From: Octopus vulgaris
Lineage: Eukaryota
Assembly: GCA_951406725.2 (NCBI GenBank)
Contig: OX597826.1
Span: 51,956,001 to 52,020,000 of the forward strand
Reading direction: 5' to 3'
Length of the DNA: 64,000 nt
A program made the position numbers and the translations under genes. Below, piece after piece: positions 12,748-25,680 of this stretch. Position 1 is the first letter of the stretch; each line of letters starts with the position of its first letter. The notes beneath the pieces are model-generated. The model had not been told where the DNA came from and searched no databases. It was given only the letters and a program-made list of their open reading frames with translations.

Positions 12748-13108
12748 CATATATATATATGTATGTATGTATATATATACATACATACATATTTCATGTA
12801 TATGATATAATCTGACATAATATAGAGATTATATTATGTAATCAAATAAATTTATATGTGGATGGCTGAAATGCGCATTCCTACAAATGTACGCGTATCT
12901 AAATATAAGAAAATTCAAAATGAGAGTAATTGATTTAACAAAAGAAAACAGAGTATGGTAAGTGAATAACCCGAAGTAGATTCGGTCGAAAAAATAGAGT
13001 GCTCAATATTCACATGAACAAACAAGTGAAAACACCATGTTTAGGAAAGGAAAGTGCACTTAAGAGTACGTACACACACAGAGACACACACACACACCTA
13101 TCTATCTG

Positions 13109-13169
<61 letters not shown>

Positions 13170-13231
13170 ATATATATATATATATATATAGTAAGTAAAA
13201 GTGACAGAGTGTGAGAGAGGGAGAGGGGGAC

Positions 13232-13274
<43 letters not shown>

Positions 13275-13397
13275 AAATACAAAGACCAGTTGATAGCCAG
13301 ATAGATAGCTAAATGTAGGAAAGACATAATTTCGCCATACATTTTCCATTCGATGAAATTCTTGAAAAACTATTCTTATTCATAAATTTATATCTAT

Positions 13398-13463
<66 letters not shown>

Positions 13464-13540
13464 GTCTGTCTATCCGCCTGTCTATCTATCTTTACGTATG
13501 TGTGTATGTATATATGTATCTCTCAGTATATATGTAATAC

Positions 13541-13781
13541 AGACGTGGCCCTGTGATAAGAAATCCGTTTCCGCACCGCATGGTCCCGCGATCGGGCTCT
13601 CTGCTCTTAACTTCGGTAAGTGTCTCCTCGTGCCCATCAAGGTATTGTGAATGGATTTTGTACTCGGAAGCTGAAAGCAATCTATCTCTCTCTTTCTCTC
13701 TCTCTCTCCTTCTCTTTCTCTCTCTTCTTTTCTTTCTTTCTTTCTCTCTCTCTATCGCACATACATACTCACTCACATACA

Positions 13782-13820
<39 letters not shown>

Positions 13821-13940
13821 ATGAATTTGTATGTCTCTCTCTCTGTTTATCTCTCACTTGTGCTTGACAACTTGAGATGGTCTGCTTACGCCTCTGTAGA
13901 TTAGCGGTTTAGCAAGATACACAAATTGAATAAGTGCTAG
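13541..13940 (+). mobile_element. Old degenerate SINE family A copy
   Basis: Diverged head, gtgaatggattttg..ggaagctgaaag, gcttgacaac, ttagcggttt; internal (TC)n(AC)n. Confidence 0.6.
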
Positions 13941-13969
13941 GCGAAAAGTAATCTAAGAATTTGAGTCGA

Positions 13970-14630
13970 TACTACCTGTCCCTGAGGCATGATGTAATTT
14001 CATAGACTATTTACAATGCACTTTGCAGGAAAGACTGCTCTACCGTATACATCAAAGGCATGTCAGAACCAGCAGGTATTCACACCTTTAAAAACAATGA
14101 ATACTAGTGGACAACCCTAATAAAAGAATCAATTAGGTGCAAACGTAACACAGTTCATGTTGTTCTGTGGAACAGAGACTGTTATAGAGGTCAGCTGTTC
14201 AGCGGATGTAAATATACAATCAAAGTCAGGAAAAAAGGAGAATAATTTATGGCGAAATAATGCGGAACTTATTGTTCTTGAAGCCTGACCATGTGGTCCC
14301 ATTTGTACTATCATAGGTGCATTAGGTTATGTACCCACAAATTTTCACAAAAACCTAGAAATATTCGGTTTCACGGAGAATGAGCAAAAGAAACTGATCC
14401 AAATCTAATCTATTAATGGCTCAGTGAAGATTTGTAAGGCATTCCCAAAATTTCTGAGATTCTTATGTGCATAGATGCACACACTTGGGTGTACGCACCA
14501 GCAGTCCAACGAACACACCAAATCAACCACATATTCACAAACACAGGAAACTTTCTTAAGTCAAAATGTCTTGTAGTTTCGTTACTGACCGGCTTGAACT
14601 CCTTCAAGAACTCAGAAAATCAAAGAAAAA
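13970..14630 (+). mobile_element. 3' fragment of an RLE-type non-LTR retrotransposon related to 7558-8270
   Basis: YLSLRHDVIS*TIYNALCRKD, VIEVSCSADVN, IIGALGYVP, GSVKICKAFPKF. Confidence 0.75.
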
Positions 14631-14672
14631 TTATACATATGTATGTATGTATGTATTTCACTCACTCTCATC

Positions 14673-14728
<56 letters not shown>

Positions 14729-14734
<6 letters not shown>

Positions 14735-14997
14735 CAAAATAAGCAACAAGAATAACTTCAGTAATTTGGTTCGATCGTTTCACGGTACATCATTTTATTA
14801 AATATTGTAAGTATTACAACTGTTTTAAAATGTTGAACAATCATCAGCCATTAATAGACGTTTTCCATTAATACATAATTTTCATATTTTCATATTTTTT
14901 AAACTGTTGTAATACTTACAATATTTAATAAAATGATGTAGCGTGAAACGATCGTACCAAATCACTGAAGTTTTTCTTGTTGCTTTTTTTGATTATA
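14729..14997. repeat. Long inverted repeat (~100-bp arms) with hammerhead-like motifs; Penelope pseudo-LTR foldback candidate
   Basis: tataatcaaaataagcaacaaga...gtaagtattacaac mirrored by gttgtaatacttac...tcttgttgctttttttgattata. Confidence 0.85.
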
Positions 14998-15092
14998 ATC
15001 AAACCATGGATTTATATGGATAACACCATACAAAATATTCTGGTGCATCTAACTTAAGTACCATATTCATTTGAATCTAAATTTTGCTGAAC

Positions 15093-15154
<62 letters not shown>

Positions 15155-15157
<3 letters not shown>

Positions 15158-15977
15158 AGGAGCTACCGGAAAGAAACCGGAATTTTGTAATATTATTTTA
15201 TTCACTTAGTATTACATGTTTATAATTTTATCGCCTTCAAAGTTTTCTTCATTTGAAGCAATGTATCGGTCCAGACACGTTTTGTACTGTTCTAAGCGGT
15301 GCTGGAATTCTTGCGAAGTGATGCCTTTTAACGTCGCCGTTGTTTCTTTCTTCACCTTTTCTACATCTGCAAATTTCGTAGCACCAGCTTTCGTCACCAG
15401 TGATGACATTCATTCGAAAAAAGGTTCGGATCAACTTCCAATTGTCCTTTCAGTTCAAGACATGCATTTAGTCGTGACTGTTTTTGATCTTCCGTGAGCA
15501 AGCGAAGCACAAATTTTGCTGCAACTCTTTTCACTCAAAATTCGTCAGTTGTTCGGTGGCCGTCTTCTAATCATTTTCATTCTTTCTAGAGGTCAATGAT
15601 CATCCTGAACGAGGTTGGGCTTCAAGAGACAAGTGACCATTAGTAAAACATGAAAACCGCGCATAAATATGTGCTTTGCTCATGGCAGCATCCTTGTAAG
15701 CCGTTTGAAGCATGATCACTGTTTCGGCCGCTGTTTTTTTCCAGCATAAAACATAATTTAACGAAAACATTCTGTTCCTTCGATTCAGCAGTCGCAAAAA
15801 TCGAAGAATAGGGGAGAATCACTGTAAAACAGAGGCGCACAATGTGGCAGTAGGAATCGCCCTGCTGATTCCGGTCGGGAGACTGACGTCTGATTGTCAC
15901 ATCAAGTGTATTCTAGCGGCGCAACTATCACGGGCTTGTCCCACACAGAACGTTCCCGGTTACTTTTGGGTATCTCA
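15155..15977 (-). mobile_element. Internally deleted mariner DNA transposon
   Basis: HTH region KTAAETVIMLQTAYKDAAMSK..SLEAQPRSG, catalytic ITGDESWCY, C-terminus EFQ..RYIASNEENFEGDK; degenerate TIRs (taccggaaagaaaccggaa / cccggttacttttgggta) next to (TA)n. Confidence 0.88.
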
Positions 15978-16888
15978 ACCTGTTGATTCACCATTTCAAA
16001 AATACAATTGAAAACGTGATATATAAGGAAATGAAATACGTCCATTCATTTCAACCCCCATCGCTCAGCATTAGTCGCTAGGTTGTTCAGCTGGGAATCC
16101 AAACTCGATACCTGGATTGGATCCAATTTGAGTTTACGTGCACATTTGGAGCTCTATAACGGAAGAATTATATTAACATCAGAGTAACATATACCATTGG
16201 CAGGTGCATATTTAACGAATAATGTCTAAAATAATTATGGAAATTTGGCATAAAGTCTAAAGAATTAAGAATTCAGATTAACAAGAAATCTCTGGAATAT
16301 TTTGAATATGCGAAGGATAGGTCAAAGACAAAGAAAAATCAAAAGAAGTGAAGGTCATGTAATGTCATTTTAAGTGAATGGTTACATTGATCGGAAATAT
16401 AATTGTCACATGTATGCATATTCATATATATCACATACACATAGACGCGTGTACGCACACAAGCACACGCACAAAAACACACACGAACGCGTGCATACAT
16501 GCATACCTATACATACACACATACATACACACATACACACATACACACATGCATATATGTGCACATGCACAAACACGTTTGTATGTGTGTGTATATAAAT
16601 ATATATATATATACACACATATATGTTTATTTCATGTTTCGCTTTCTCTCATTCCCTTTCTGTATATAAACATCAATATCCACGTCAGTGCGTCTGTATA
16701 TACATCCATGTGCTTATGCACATGTGCGTGTGTTTATGTATATATATATATATATATATATATTTGTGTGTATGTGTCTGTCTGTCTGCTTGGCTACCTG
16801 CCTGTCTGGCTACCTGTCTCTCTGTCTATCAATTGTATACATATCTCTATCTACCTATCTATCAATTCATGTATATATATATATATAT

Positions 16889-16923
<35 letters not shown>

Positions 16924-17403
16924 GTGTGTGTGTGTGTGTGTGTGTACTGTGCGTGTGTCTGTATACACATAAAGGTTTGATAAACTGTAGCAGAATCATG
17001 AAGAAAGCAAGAGTATTGTGAGTAGAAGCAGATATTGACGTCTGATGGCAGTCGAGCTGTTGTGACGTCAATGAATCTTAATGTCTTTTTATATTTGCCA
17101 ATTGCCATTACTATCTCTGGCAAAGAAATAAAGAACAGAAGAATAATAGAACTGAAGAATTTGAGAATTTGTAAACTGATAGAAACGAAGCAGCAGAGAC
17201 ATAACTTTATTTAAATTTTGCTGTTATTCTGTTGCTTATTTACATTATGAGCTTCCTCCTGTAATTATATTGCTAGGCAACGTGTGTATATGTTTATATT
17301 TGTATATACAGGCATAGATACGTGCACTTTCAGTCTATCTGTAGCTCACGCGCATGTATCGTGTAGGTGTTTGTATGTAAATACCTGTGTATATGTTTAT
17401 GTT

Positions 17404-17441
<38 letters not shown>

Positions 17442-17874
17442 TATATCGTGGTACTCCGTCAGTTACGACTAGGAGGGTTCCAGTTGATCCAATCAACGGA
17501 ACGGTGCGCTTGTGGAATTAACGCGTAAGTGGCTGAGCACACCGCAGACACGTGTACCCTGAACGTAGTTCTCGGGGAGACTCAACGTGACCCACACACG
17601 CGCGCCGCATGCATACATGCATATGTGCATAGACGTGTATATGTAAATAAACATTAATCCTTTTCGTTTTTATTTTAGGTTTATCTGTAAATATGTATGT
17701 ATATGTCTGCATACACATACACATTTATACAATTCACACACGCACACACACACATGCACACACATATGTCTGTAAATATAAAAGTTATAAATATTATTAC
17801 AATACAATAGTAATTATTTTTCACCGAAATAGAGCACCGTAAAATTAGTACCTTACTGTGCCATTATTTCATAG

Positions 17875-17925
<51 letters not shown>

Positions 17926-18004
17926 TATATATATATTGTCACACATATATAATATATATACGTATATATACAAATACATACGTGTATATATATATTTATT
18001 CTCT

Positions 18005-18147
18005 TCTACTCCACGCACAAGACCCGAAATTTTAGGGGAGTGTGCCAGTCGATTAGATCGAACCCAGTACGCAACTGGTACTTAATTTATCGAGGCCGAA
18101 CGGATGAAAGGCAAGGTCGACCTCGGCGGAATTTGAGCTCAGAACGT
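18005..18147 (-). mobile_element. SINE family B, 5'-truncated
   Basis: ctggtacttaatttatcgaggccgaacggatgaaaggcaaggtcgacctcggcggaatttga. Confidence 0.8.
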
Positions 18148-18155
18148 TATGTATA

Positions 18156-18222
<67 letters not shown>

Positions 18223-18249
18223 ATGTATGTATGTATTTATGTATTCTCA

Positions 18250-18500
18250 AACCATACTGTTCTCTGTTCGGTCCCACTGTCCGTCCCCTTATACAAGTGT
18301 CTTCTTCTATATAGCCCCGGGCCGACCAACTGTGTTGTGTGTCAGTGGATTTGGTAGATGGAAATTGAAAGTAGCCCGTCCTATATACATATATGTGCGT
18401 GTGTGGGTGTGTATGTATGTATGTGTATATGTATATGCCTACGTCTGTGTGTTTATGTGCAAATGTTCGGCCCCCATCAGCGTTTGAAAAGCAGTGATGG
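18250..18500 (+). mobile_element. Degenerate SINE family A copy
   Basis: atagccccgggccgaccaac..gtggatttggtagatggaaattgaaag. Confidence 0.7.
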
Positions 18501-18667
18501 TTTTGTTTAAGTCGACGCAACTCGTCGCTAAGAACGATGGAATAAGGACCGGTTTTGATTTTTGCAACTAAACCCTTCGAGTACTGTATCACAGTATTAC
18601 TGCTGCCCAATGATAGATAAAAGTAAAATATACAGACACACAAACACACACACATATATATGTATAT

Positions 18668-18725
18668 GGGCCGACCAAAGCCTTGTGAGTGGATTTGGTA
18701 GACAGAAACTGAAAGAAGCCTGTCG

Positions 18726-18798
<73 letters not shown>

Positions 18799-19014
18799 TT
18801 GTGTGTCTGTGTTTGTCCCCCTAGCATTGCTTGACAACTGATGCTGGTGTGTTTACGTCCCCGTCGCTTAGCGGTTCGGCAAAAGAGACCAATAGAATAA
18901 GTACTGGGCTTACAAAGAATAAGTCCCGGGGTCCATTTGATCGACTAAAGGCGGTGCTCCAGCATGGCCGCAGTCAAATGACAGAAACAAGTAAAAGAGT
19001 AAAGAGAGAAAGAG
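18668..19014 (+). mobile_element. SINE family A, 5'-truncated
   Basis: Starts at gggccgaccaaagcc and has an intact 3' part. Confidence 0.9.
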
Positions 19015-19282
19015 TATATATGTATATATATATAATTTCAACAATTGAGGTAAAATTAATTAATTAATTATTATCAATTTCAACAAGTGTTCAGTATGTA
19101 AAGGGACCATTTAAGAATGTCTTTACCCATACTTTCGTGAGTTGAATTGAGCAAGCAATATATGAGAGAATTTTTTAAGTATTAGAAATAGGGGTTTTGA
19201 AAAAGTTTTTAGCTCCTATTTCAAATGACAGTTCAAGTATGTGTAAAAGTAATTTATTTATAAGCCTTTAATATAATGTATA

Positions 19283-19318
<36 letters not shown>

Positions 19319-19789
19319 CACAGAGAATATATGTATGCATGCATTGAGGTATGTGCATGTGTGCCTCTGTGTGTGCGTGTGTGTGTTTGCCTCTGTGTGT
19401 GCGTGTGTGTGTGTGTGCCTCTGTGTGTGCGTGTGTGTGTATGTGTGTGCGTGTCGCGCATGTGCGGTGCATGTCGCTGGTGTCATCCGGCTTAGAAAAG
19501 TAGAAGCAGTAGAAATGTTCTTCGTAGTTTGACTGTTAAAATTTCCGTCGAAACTTGGCGAACGTCACTGTGACTGCATCTACGGCAGCAGCAAGCGATG
19601 CCATAGTAACTAGAAATAGTGGTACTACTATCACAATGGCAACAACAAACCATGTCATATGACTTGAATCGGGGCAGCATCGATGACGATCGTAACTGCT
19701 ATGATTTGAACAGCTGCTGTTGTTAATTTTTGGGTTATGTTGGAACACTGTAGCCCAGCTGACTACATTGTTTCCCATACTCTGTTTCG

Positions 19790-20115
<326 letters not shown>

Positions 20116-20455
20116 TCATGTTTCTTACACCTTTATGCGTGTTTCTGCCGGCTGAATCGTTTGAGCGTTTGTATATTTCTTACGGCTCTTTACGTTCAGT
20201 GTTCAAGTTCCGGTCTGATCCCTCTTCACCTTTCATCCTTCCAAGGTCGATATTTCTTGCTTTGTAACCTATATTAGAAATGATTATCGTATATCATAAC
20301 TGTATCGGTAAGCCGGCGGATAAAATGTCCTGCGTATTTGTCTGGCTTTTTAGATTCTGTGACCGAATCCGATGTTACACAAATTGAACTTTCATTCTTC
20401 CGTGATAGTTTAGGTCAGAATCAAAGAAAGGAGATGAGGAAAAATTCCTAGTGTA

Positions 20456-20856
20456 TTCTTTTATTTGTTTCAGTCATTTGACTGCGGCCATGCTGGAGCA
20501 CCGCCTTTAGCCGAGCAAATCGACCCCGGGACTTATTCTCTGTAAGCCTAGTACTTATTCTATCGGTCTCTTTTGCCGAACCGCTAAGTTACGGGGACAT
20601 AAACACAACAACATCGGTTGGTTGTCAAGACACACAAACACATAGACACACACACACATAGACACACAAACACATAGACACACAAACACATAGACACACA
20701 TATATACATATATATATACATATACGACAGGCTTCTTTCAGTTTCCGTCTACCAAAACCACTCACAAGGCTTTGACCAAGGTGCCACGCAGTGGGACTGA
20801 ACCGGGAACCATGTGGTTGGTAAGCAAGCTACTTACCACACAGCCACTCCTGCGCC
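20456..20856 (-). mobile_element. SINE family A (internal deletion; acacacaaacacatag repeats)
   Basis: Reverse complement of the family A sequence. Confidence 0.9.
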
Positions 20857-20869
20857 TAAAATCCCTATA

Positions 20870-21047
20870 GGCAAAGGAGTGGCTGTGTGGTAAGTAGCTT
20901 GCTTACCAACCACATAGTTCCGGGTTCAGTCCCACTGCGTGGCACCTTGGGCAAATGTCTTCTACTATAGTTTCAGGCTGACCAAACCCTTGTGAGTGGA
21001 TTTCGTAGACGGAAACTGAAAGAAGCCCGTCGTATATATATATGTGG

Positions 21048-21082
<35 letters not shown>

Positions 21083-21280
21083 CGTTTGCGTGTCTATGTC
21101 TGTCCTTCCAACATCGCTTCACAACCGATGCTGGTGTGTTTACGTCCCTGTAACTTAGCGGTTCGGGAAAAGATCCCGATAGAATAAGTACTAGGCTTAC
21201 AAAGAATAAGTCCTGGGGTCGATTTGCTCGGCTAAAAGCGGGGCTCCAGCATGGCCACAGTCAAATGACTGGAACAAGTA
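20870..21280 (+). mobile_element. SINE family A, full length
   Basis: Head to 3' stem-loop present; 13 nt from the inverted copy. Confidence 0.9.
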
Positions 21281-22699
21281 TCAATAAAATGGTAGGGCAT
21301 TAGACTGGTAGAATCGTTAAAACATCGGACAAAACGCCTAGCAAATTTCTTCAGGCTCAATCTTTAGTTGGTCCAGGTCTATAGTAAAACACACTTGGCT
21401 ATAGAGCCACGTGACAGGTGTGAACCCAAAACCCCATTGTTTGTAAGCTAATTTCTCAACGACATAGTCATAGTTATGTCTATGCGATGCCTGCAATTAT
21501 GTATGTAATGCATACATACATACATACATACATGCATACATACATACATACATACATACATACATACATACATACATACATACATACATACATACATACA
21601 TACATACATACATACATACATACATACATACATACATACATACATACATTAACGCCTAAAAATCTCGCCAAGTTTAAGTCTACTTTCCATTCATCCTGGG
21701 TCAATAAAAGAAAGTACCAGTAGAGTACTGGAGAGAATGGTATCGACTAATCCTCTTCTCTCAAATTTCCTGGCCGTGTGCCTGAATTAGAAACCATCTA
21801 ATGTGGTATGATGGCAGCATCGACTGAGCGCCGGAAAAATGCTTTGCGACATTTCTTCCGTCTCTTTAAATGCTTAGTTTTAATTCCACCAAGGTGAACT
21901 TTGTCTTTTCTATCTCCAGAGTCAATGATATCCACAAGCCCTTTCCCTTCGAAATTACAGATTTTTCTCCCTAAATCAGAAACTATTACTATTAATTTTA
22001 ATATAGGTACTAAAAAAATGTGATGAATTTGTTTGGAAGAAAAGCAGTGTATCTGCAAAATTAGATACTATCACCATCGCCGATAATAACAACATCAAAC
22101 ACAACACATGGAGCAACAGCATTTCTAAGATAATAGCAGCAAGAACAACACCCTCTCAATTAGTAACGAAACCAATAAAAACAGCAACAGATATTGTTAG
22201 TAATGCCTAACAACCAACGAACTTTAGTAACAACGTATGCCAACCAGTAAACCATAAAGGTCTCTCAGCTCTAAACACGTTGGGTTACGTTCTAACGATG
22301 ATACATCCAGACAAACAACGTCATGCAGTAACTGAACCCATGCCGCTCGCCTTGACTGAAGAAACATCAAAATCTGAAGTATCCTCTGCGTGAATGTTCA
22401 GCTGGATAGAGATAGCAGGCAAATCATCCCTTAAGTTCCTACCGTCTTGTAAAATGAAATGGTCCCCCCGAGATAGCATAATATTAGTTTAAATATATCC
22501 GTTAAAATGAAAATATGAAGACTAGAATATTTTCATCACCTACGTCATCAAAGCTAACTGGGGCTAAAATCTAAAGCAAGAAAACAAAGTTATCTATGGC
22601 GTTGTCTCTCATCGATGTGGAACCAGATCCTTTGAGAAATTAAAAGAGGCCAGACGAATTGCATATAAAATTTTTAAAACTTGTCCATTTACTAGGACG

Positions 22700-23100
22700 A
22701 AGAAAACGTAGTATACTGTTGGAAAATGAACGCTTTTGGCATCAGATGCCTCCGGGGAATGCTAGAAACCAAGTGGAACAGTTTTATCAGCAACGAGGAG
22801 GGAAGAAGGGGAGCAGACAAATGCCCAGTGTCTATTATTATCTGTAAGCGTTGACTGAGTTAGTAGGGAAATATCGTAAGACTCCTAATTAACTGTCTAA
22901 CCAGCCAATTCTTAAGTGAAACTCTCCGGGACACCGACGCAAGGGACGTCCCAAGATAAGCTGGAAACAGACAATCGACAGGGACATGCCGCTAATAAAC
23001 TTACGATGGAACGATACACTGAGGGTAGTTGTTGACCAGTCTTGATGGAGTACTTTGACTGCCTCACGTCTCGCCCGATGCGGAATCATCTAAGTCTAAG
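22700..23100 (+). mobile_element. RTE-clade LINE 3' fragment
   Basis: KMNAFGIRCLRGML and PGHRRKGRPKISWKQTIDRDM..RWNDT motifs; ends in ctaagtctaag repeats. Confidence 0.75.
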
Positions 23101-23134
23101 CTAGTCAATAAGTAGATATAAAATACAATACATA

Positions 23135-23527
23135 GGCGTAGGTGTGGCTGTGCTGTAAGTAGCTTGCATGGTTCCGGGTTCAGTCCTAATGCGTGGTTCC
23201 TTAGGCAAGTGTCTTCTACTATTGCCTCGGGCCGACCAAAGCCTTGAGAGTGGATTTGGTAGACGGAAGCTGAAAGAAGCTCGTTGTATAAATGCACATG
23301 TGTGTGTATATGTGTGTGTGTGTATGTTTGTGTGTCTGTGTTTGTTCCTCCAACATCGCTTGACAACCGATGCTGGTGTGATTACGTCCCAGTAACTTAG
23401 CGATAGAATAAGTCCTGGGATCAAAGAATACAAAGAATAAGTCCTGGGATCGATTTGCTCGAGTAAAGGCGGTGCTCCATCATGGTCAAAGTCAAATGAC
23501 TGAAAACAAGTAAAAGAGAGTAAAGAG
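23135..23527 (+). mobile_element. SINE family A
   Basis: Family A sequence with an internal duplication of agaataagtcctgggatc. Confidence 0.88.
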
Positions 23528-24309
23528 GGGATGGATACTTATATTTGTCAGTTTGAAAGTCACTGATTTAGGAGTCAGGGAAGAAAAAAACAAGCCCAGG
23601 TTGTCACGCAGCATTTTGGAATGTGCAACAACAACAACAACAACAAATACCTTAGGCAGGTATAACGGGTGGGTATTGACCCGGCTATATTCTTACTATA
23701 CATAGGTCTGCTGGTTCAAACCTGACTAATGTCGATATAGAGGATGCAATAGCAGCAACAAGAAAGTAACAGCAATACAACCACCACTACCACAACCACT
23801 ACCACCATCGATGATGACAACAACAACATCAATAACAAGCAACAGCAATAAAATATCAAGAACAGCAGCAGCAGCAGCAGTAACAACTACAACAGCATGA
23901 GGAAAATAACAACAAAAGCCACGACGGCAACATCAACAACAATGCCAAAACTGCCACCCACCACCAACATCAACACCATGGGTACACGGAGCCAACGAAA
24001 GAGCGTATATGCAGTCATTCAACATGCTAAAAATAACAGTCAACTTTTCTTCATATAATACAATGTCACCTTTAAAAGGGATGGATACATTGAAGATGTA
24101 GTCCTCGCAATACAAATAGATATTAGTATTTTCGATCTGTGATGAATATGGTGAGTTTTGATGGAACTAGGGATGGCGAGGAATCTAAAGCATAAGAATT
24201 CTTTATGTACACCGCTGAAGTCGGAAAATATAGTGTACCACAGTTATGCGACAACAACAAGATTACTACTGATAACAGTCTCAAAATTTGGTACAGGAAC
24301 AACATACTT

Positions 24310-24451
24310 TGTCTAGTACTTAGGTTATCGACCCTAAAGGATGAAAAACAAAGTTGACCTCGGCAGAATATGAACTCAGAACATAAAGATAGACGAAATG
24401 CCGCTGGGCATTTCGCATCGCATGTTAATGATTCTGCCAGCTCACCGCCTT
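24310..24451 (-). mobile_element. SINE family B
   Basis: Head ...gccagctcaccgcctt plus a Meta-like core. Confidence 0.75.
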
Positions 24452-24458
24452 AATAATG

Positions 24459-24530
<72 letters not shown>

Positions 24531-24533
<3 letters not shown>

Positions 24534-24836
24534 TACAAAGACCTGGAAATAGAGGTAACCAGAATGTGGAATCTAAAAACAGAAACAATTCCTATCATAG
24601 TAGGTGCATTAGGCATGATAAAAAAAATATTCAGACAAATACATAACAAAAACACCACAAATACATAACAAAAACATACAGAAAATTGCACTACTAGGCA
24701 CTGCACACATCCTACACAGAACACTTTCCATACAATAACCATCAGAGCATCACAACAAATCCCAGCACATACCCAAGGCACACAGAGCTGCGCTCGGTAG
24801 TGAAGTGAAAGCACGATATAAAAAATATACTACTGA
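24531..24836 (+). mobile_element. Short 3' copy of the same R4/Dong-like element as 299-1152
   Basis: KYKDLEIEVTRMWNLKTETIPIIVGALGMIKK identical to the first copy; same 3' UTR; (AAT)n on both sides. Confidence 0.92.
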
Positions 24837-24873
24837 ATAATAATAATAGTAAGAATAATAATAATGATGATAA

Positions 24874-25257
24874 TGGTTTCAAATTTTGTCACAAGGGCGA
24901 CCATTTTGGGGGAGTGGATGAGTCGATTACATCGACCCTACTGTTGAACCGGTACTTATTTTATCGACTCCGAAAGGGTGAAAGGCAAAGTAGACCTCGG
25001 TGGAATTTGAACTCAGATCGGAGTGACGGGCGAAATAACTATTTCTTTACTGCCTAAACACAAGGGGCTAAACACAGAGAGGACAAACAAGGACAGACAA
25101 ACGGATTAAGTGGATTATATCGACCCCAGTGCGTAACTGGTACTTATTTAATCGACCCCGAAAGGATGAAAGGCAAAGTGAACCTCGGCGGAATGTGAAC
25201 TCAGAACGTAGCGGCAGACGAAATACTAAGCATTTCGCTCGGGGTGCTAACGTTTCT
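24874..25257 (-). mobile_element. Head-to-tail dimer of SINE family B (long-tail copy 25041-25257 joined to short-tail copy 24874-25040)
   Basis: Two Meta-like cores with different tails; junction gaaataactatttc. Confidence 0.85.
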
Positions 25258-25319
25258 TAACAACAACAACAACAATAATCAGAAGAATAACAACAAATAT
25301 TTCTATTATTGCTGATGCT

Positions 25320-25356
25320 GATATTGCTGCTGCTGTTGCTGCTGCTGTTGCTGCTG

Positions 25357-25453
<97 letters not shown>

Positions 25454-25506
25454 GACGACGACGACGACCACGACCACGACCACCACCACCACGACCACCA
25501 CCGCCG

Positions 25507-25558
<52 letters not shown>

Positions 25559-25602
25559 GACGACGACGACGACGATCACCACCACCACCACCACCACCGC
25601 CG

Positions 25603-25640
<38 letters not shown>

Positions 25641-25680
25641 GCTGCTGCTACTAATACTACTACTACTACTATTGCTGGCA
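25320..25680. repeat. Compound trinucleotide array (CTG)(CTA)(CGA)(CCA)(CCG)
   Basis: Read directly from the sequence. Confidence 0.95.
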
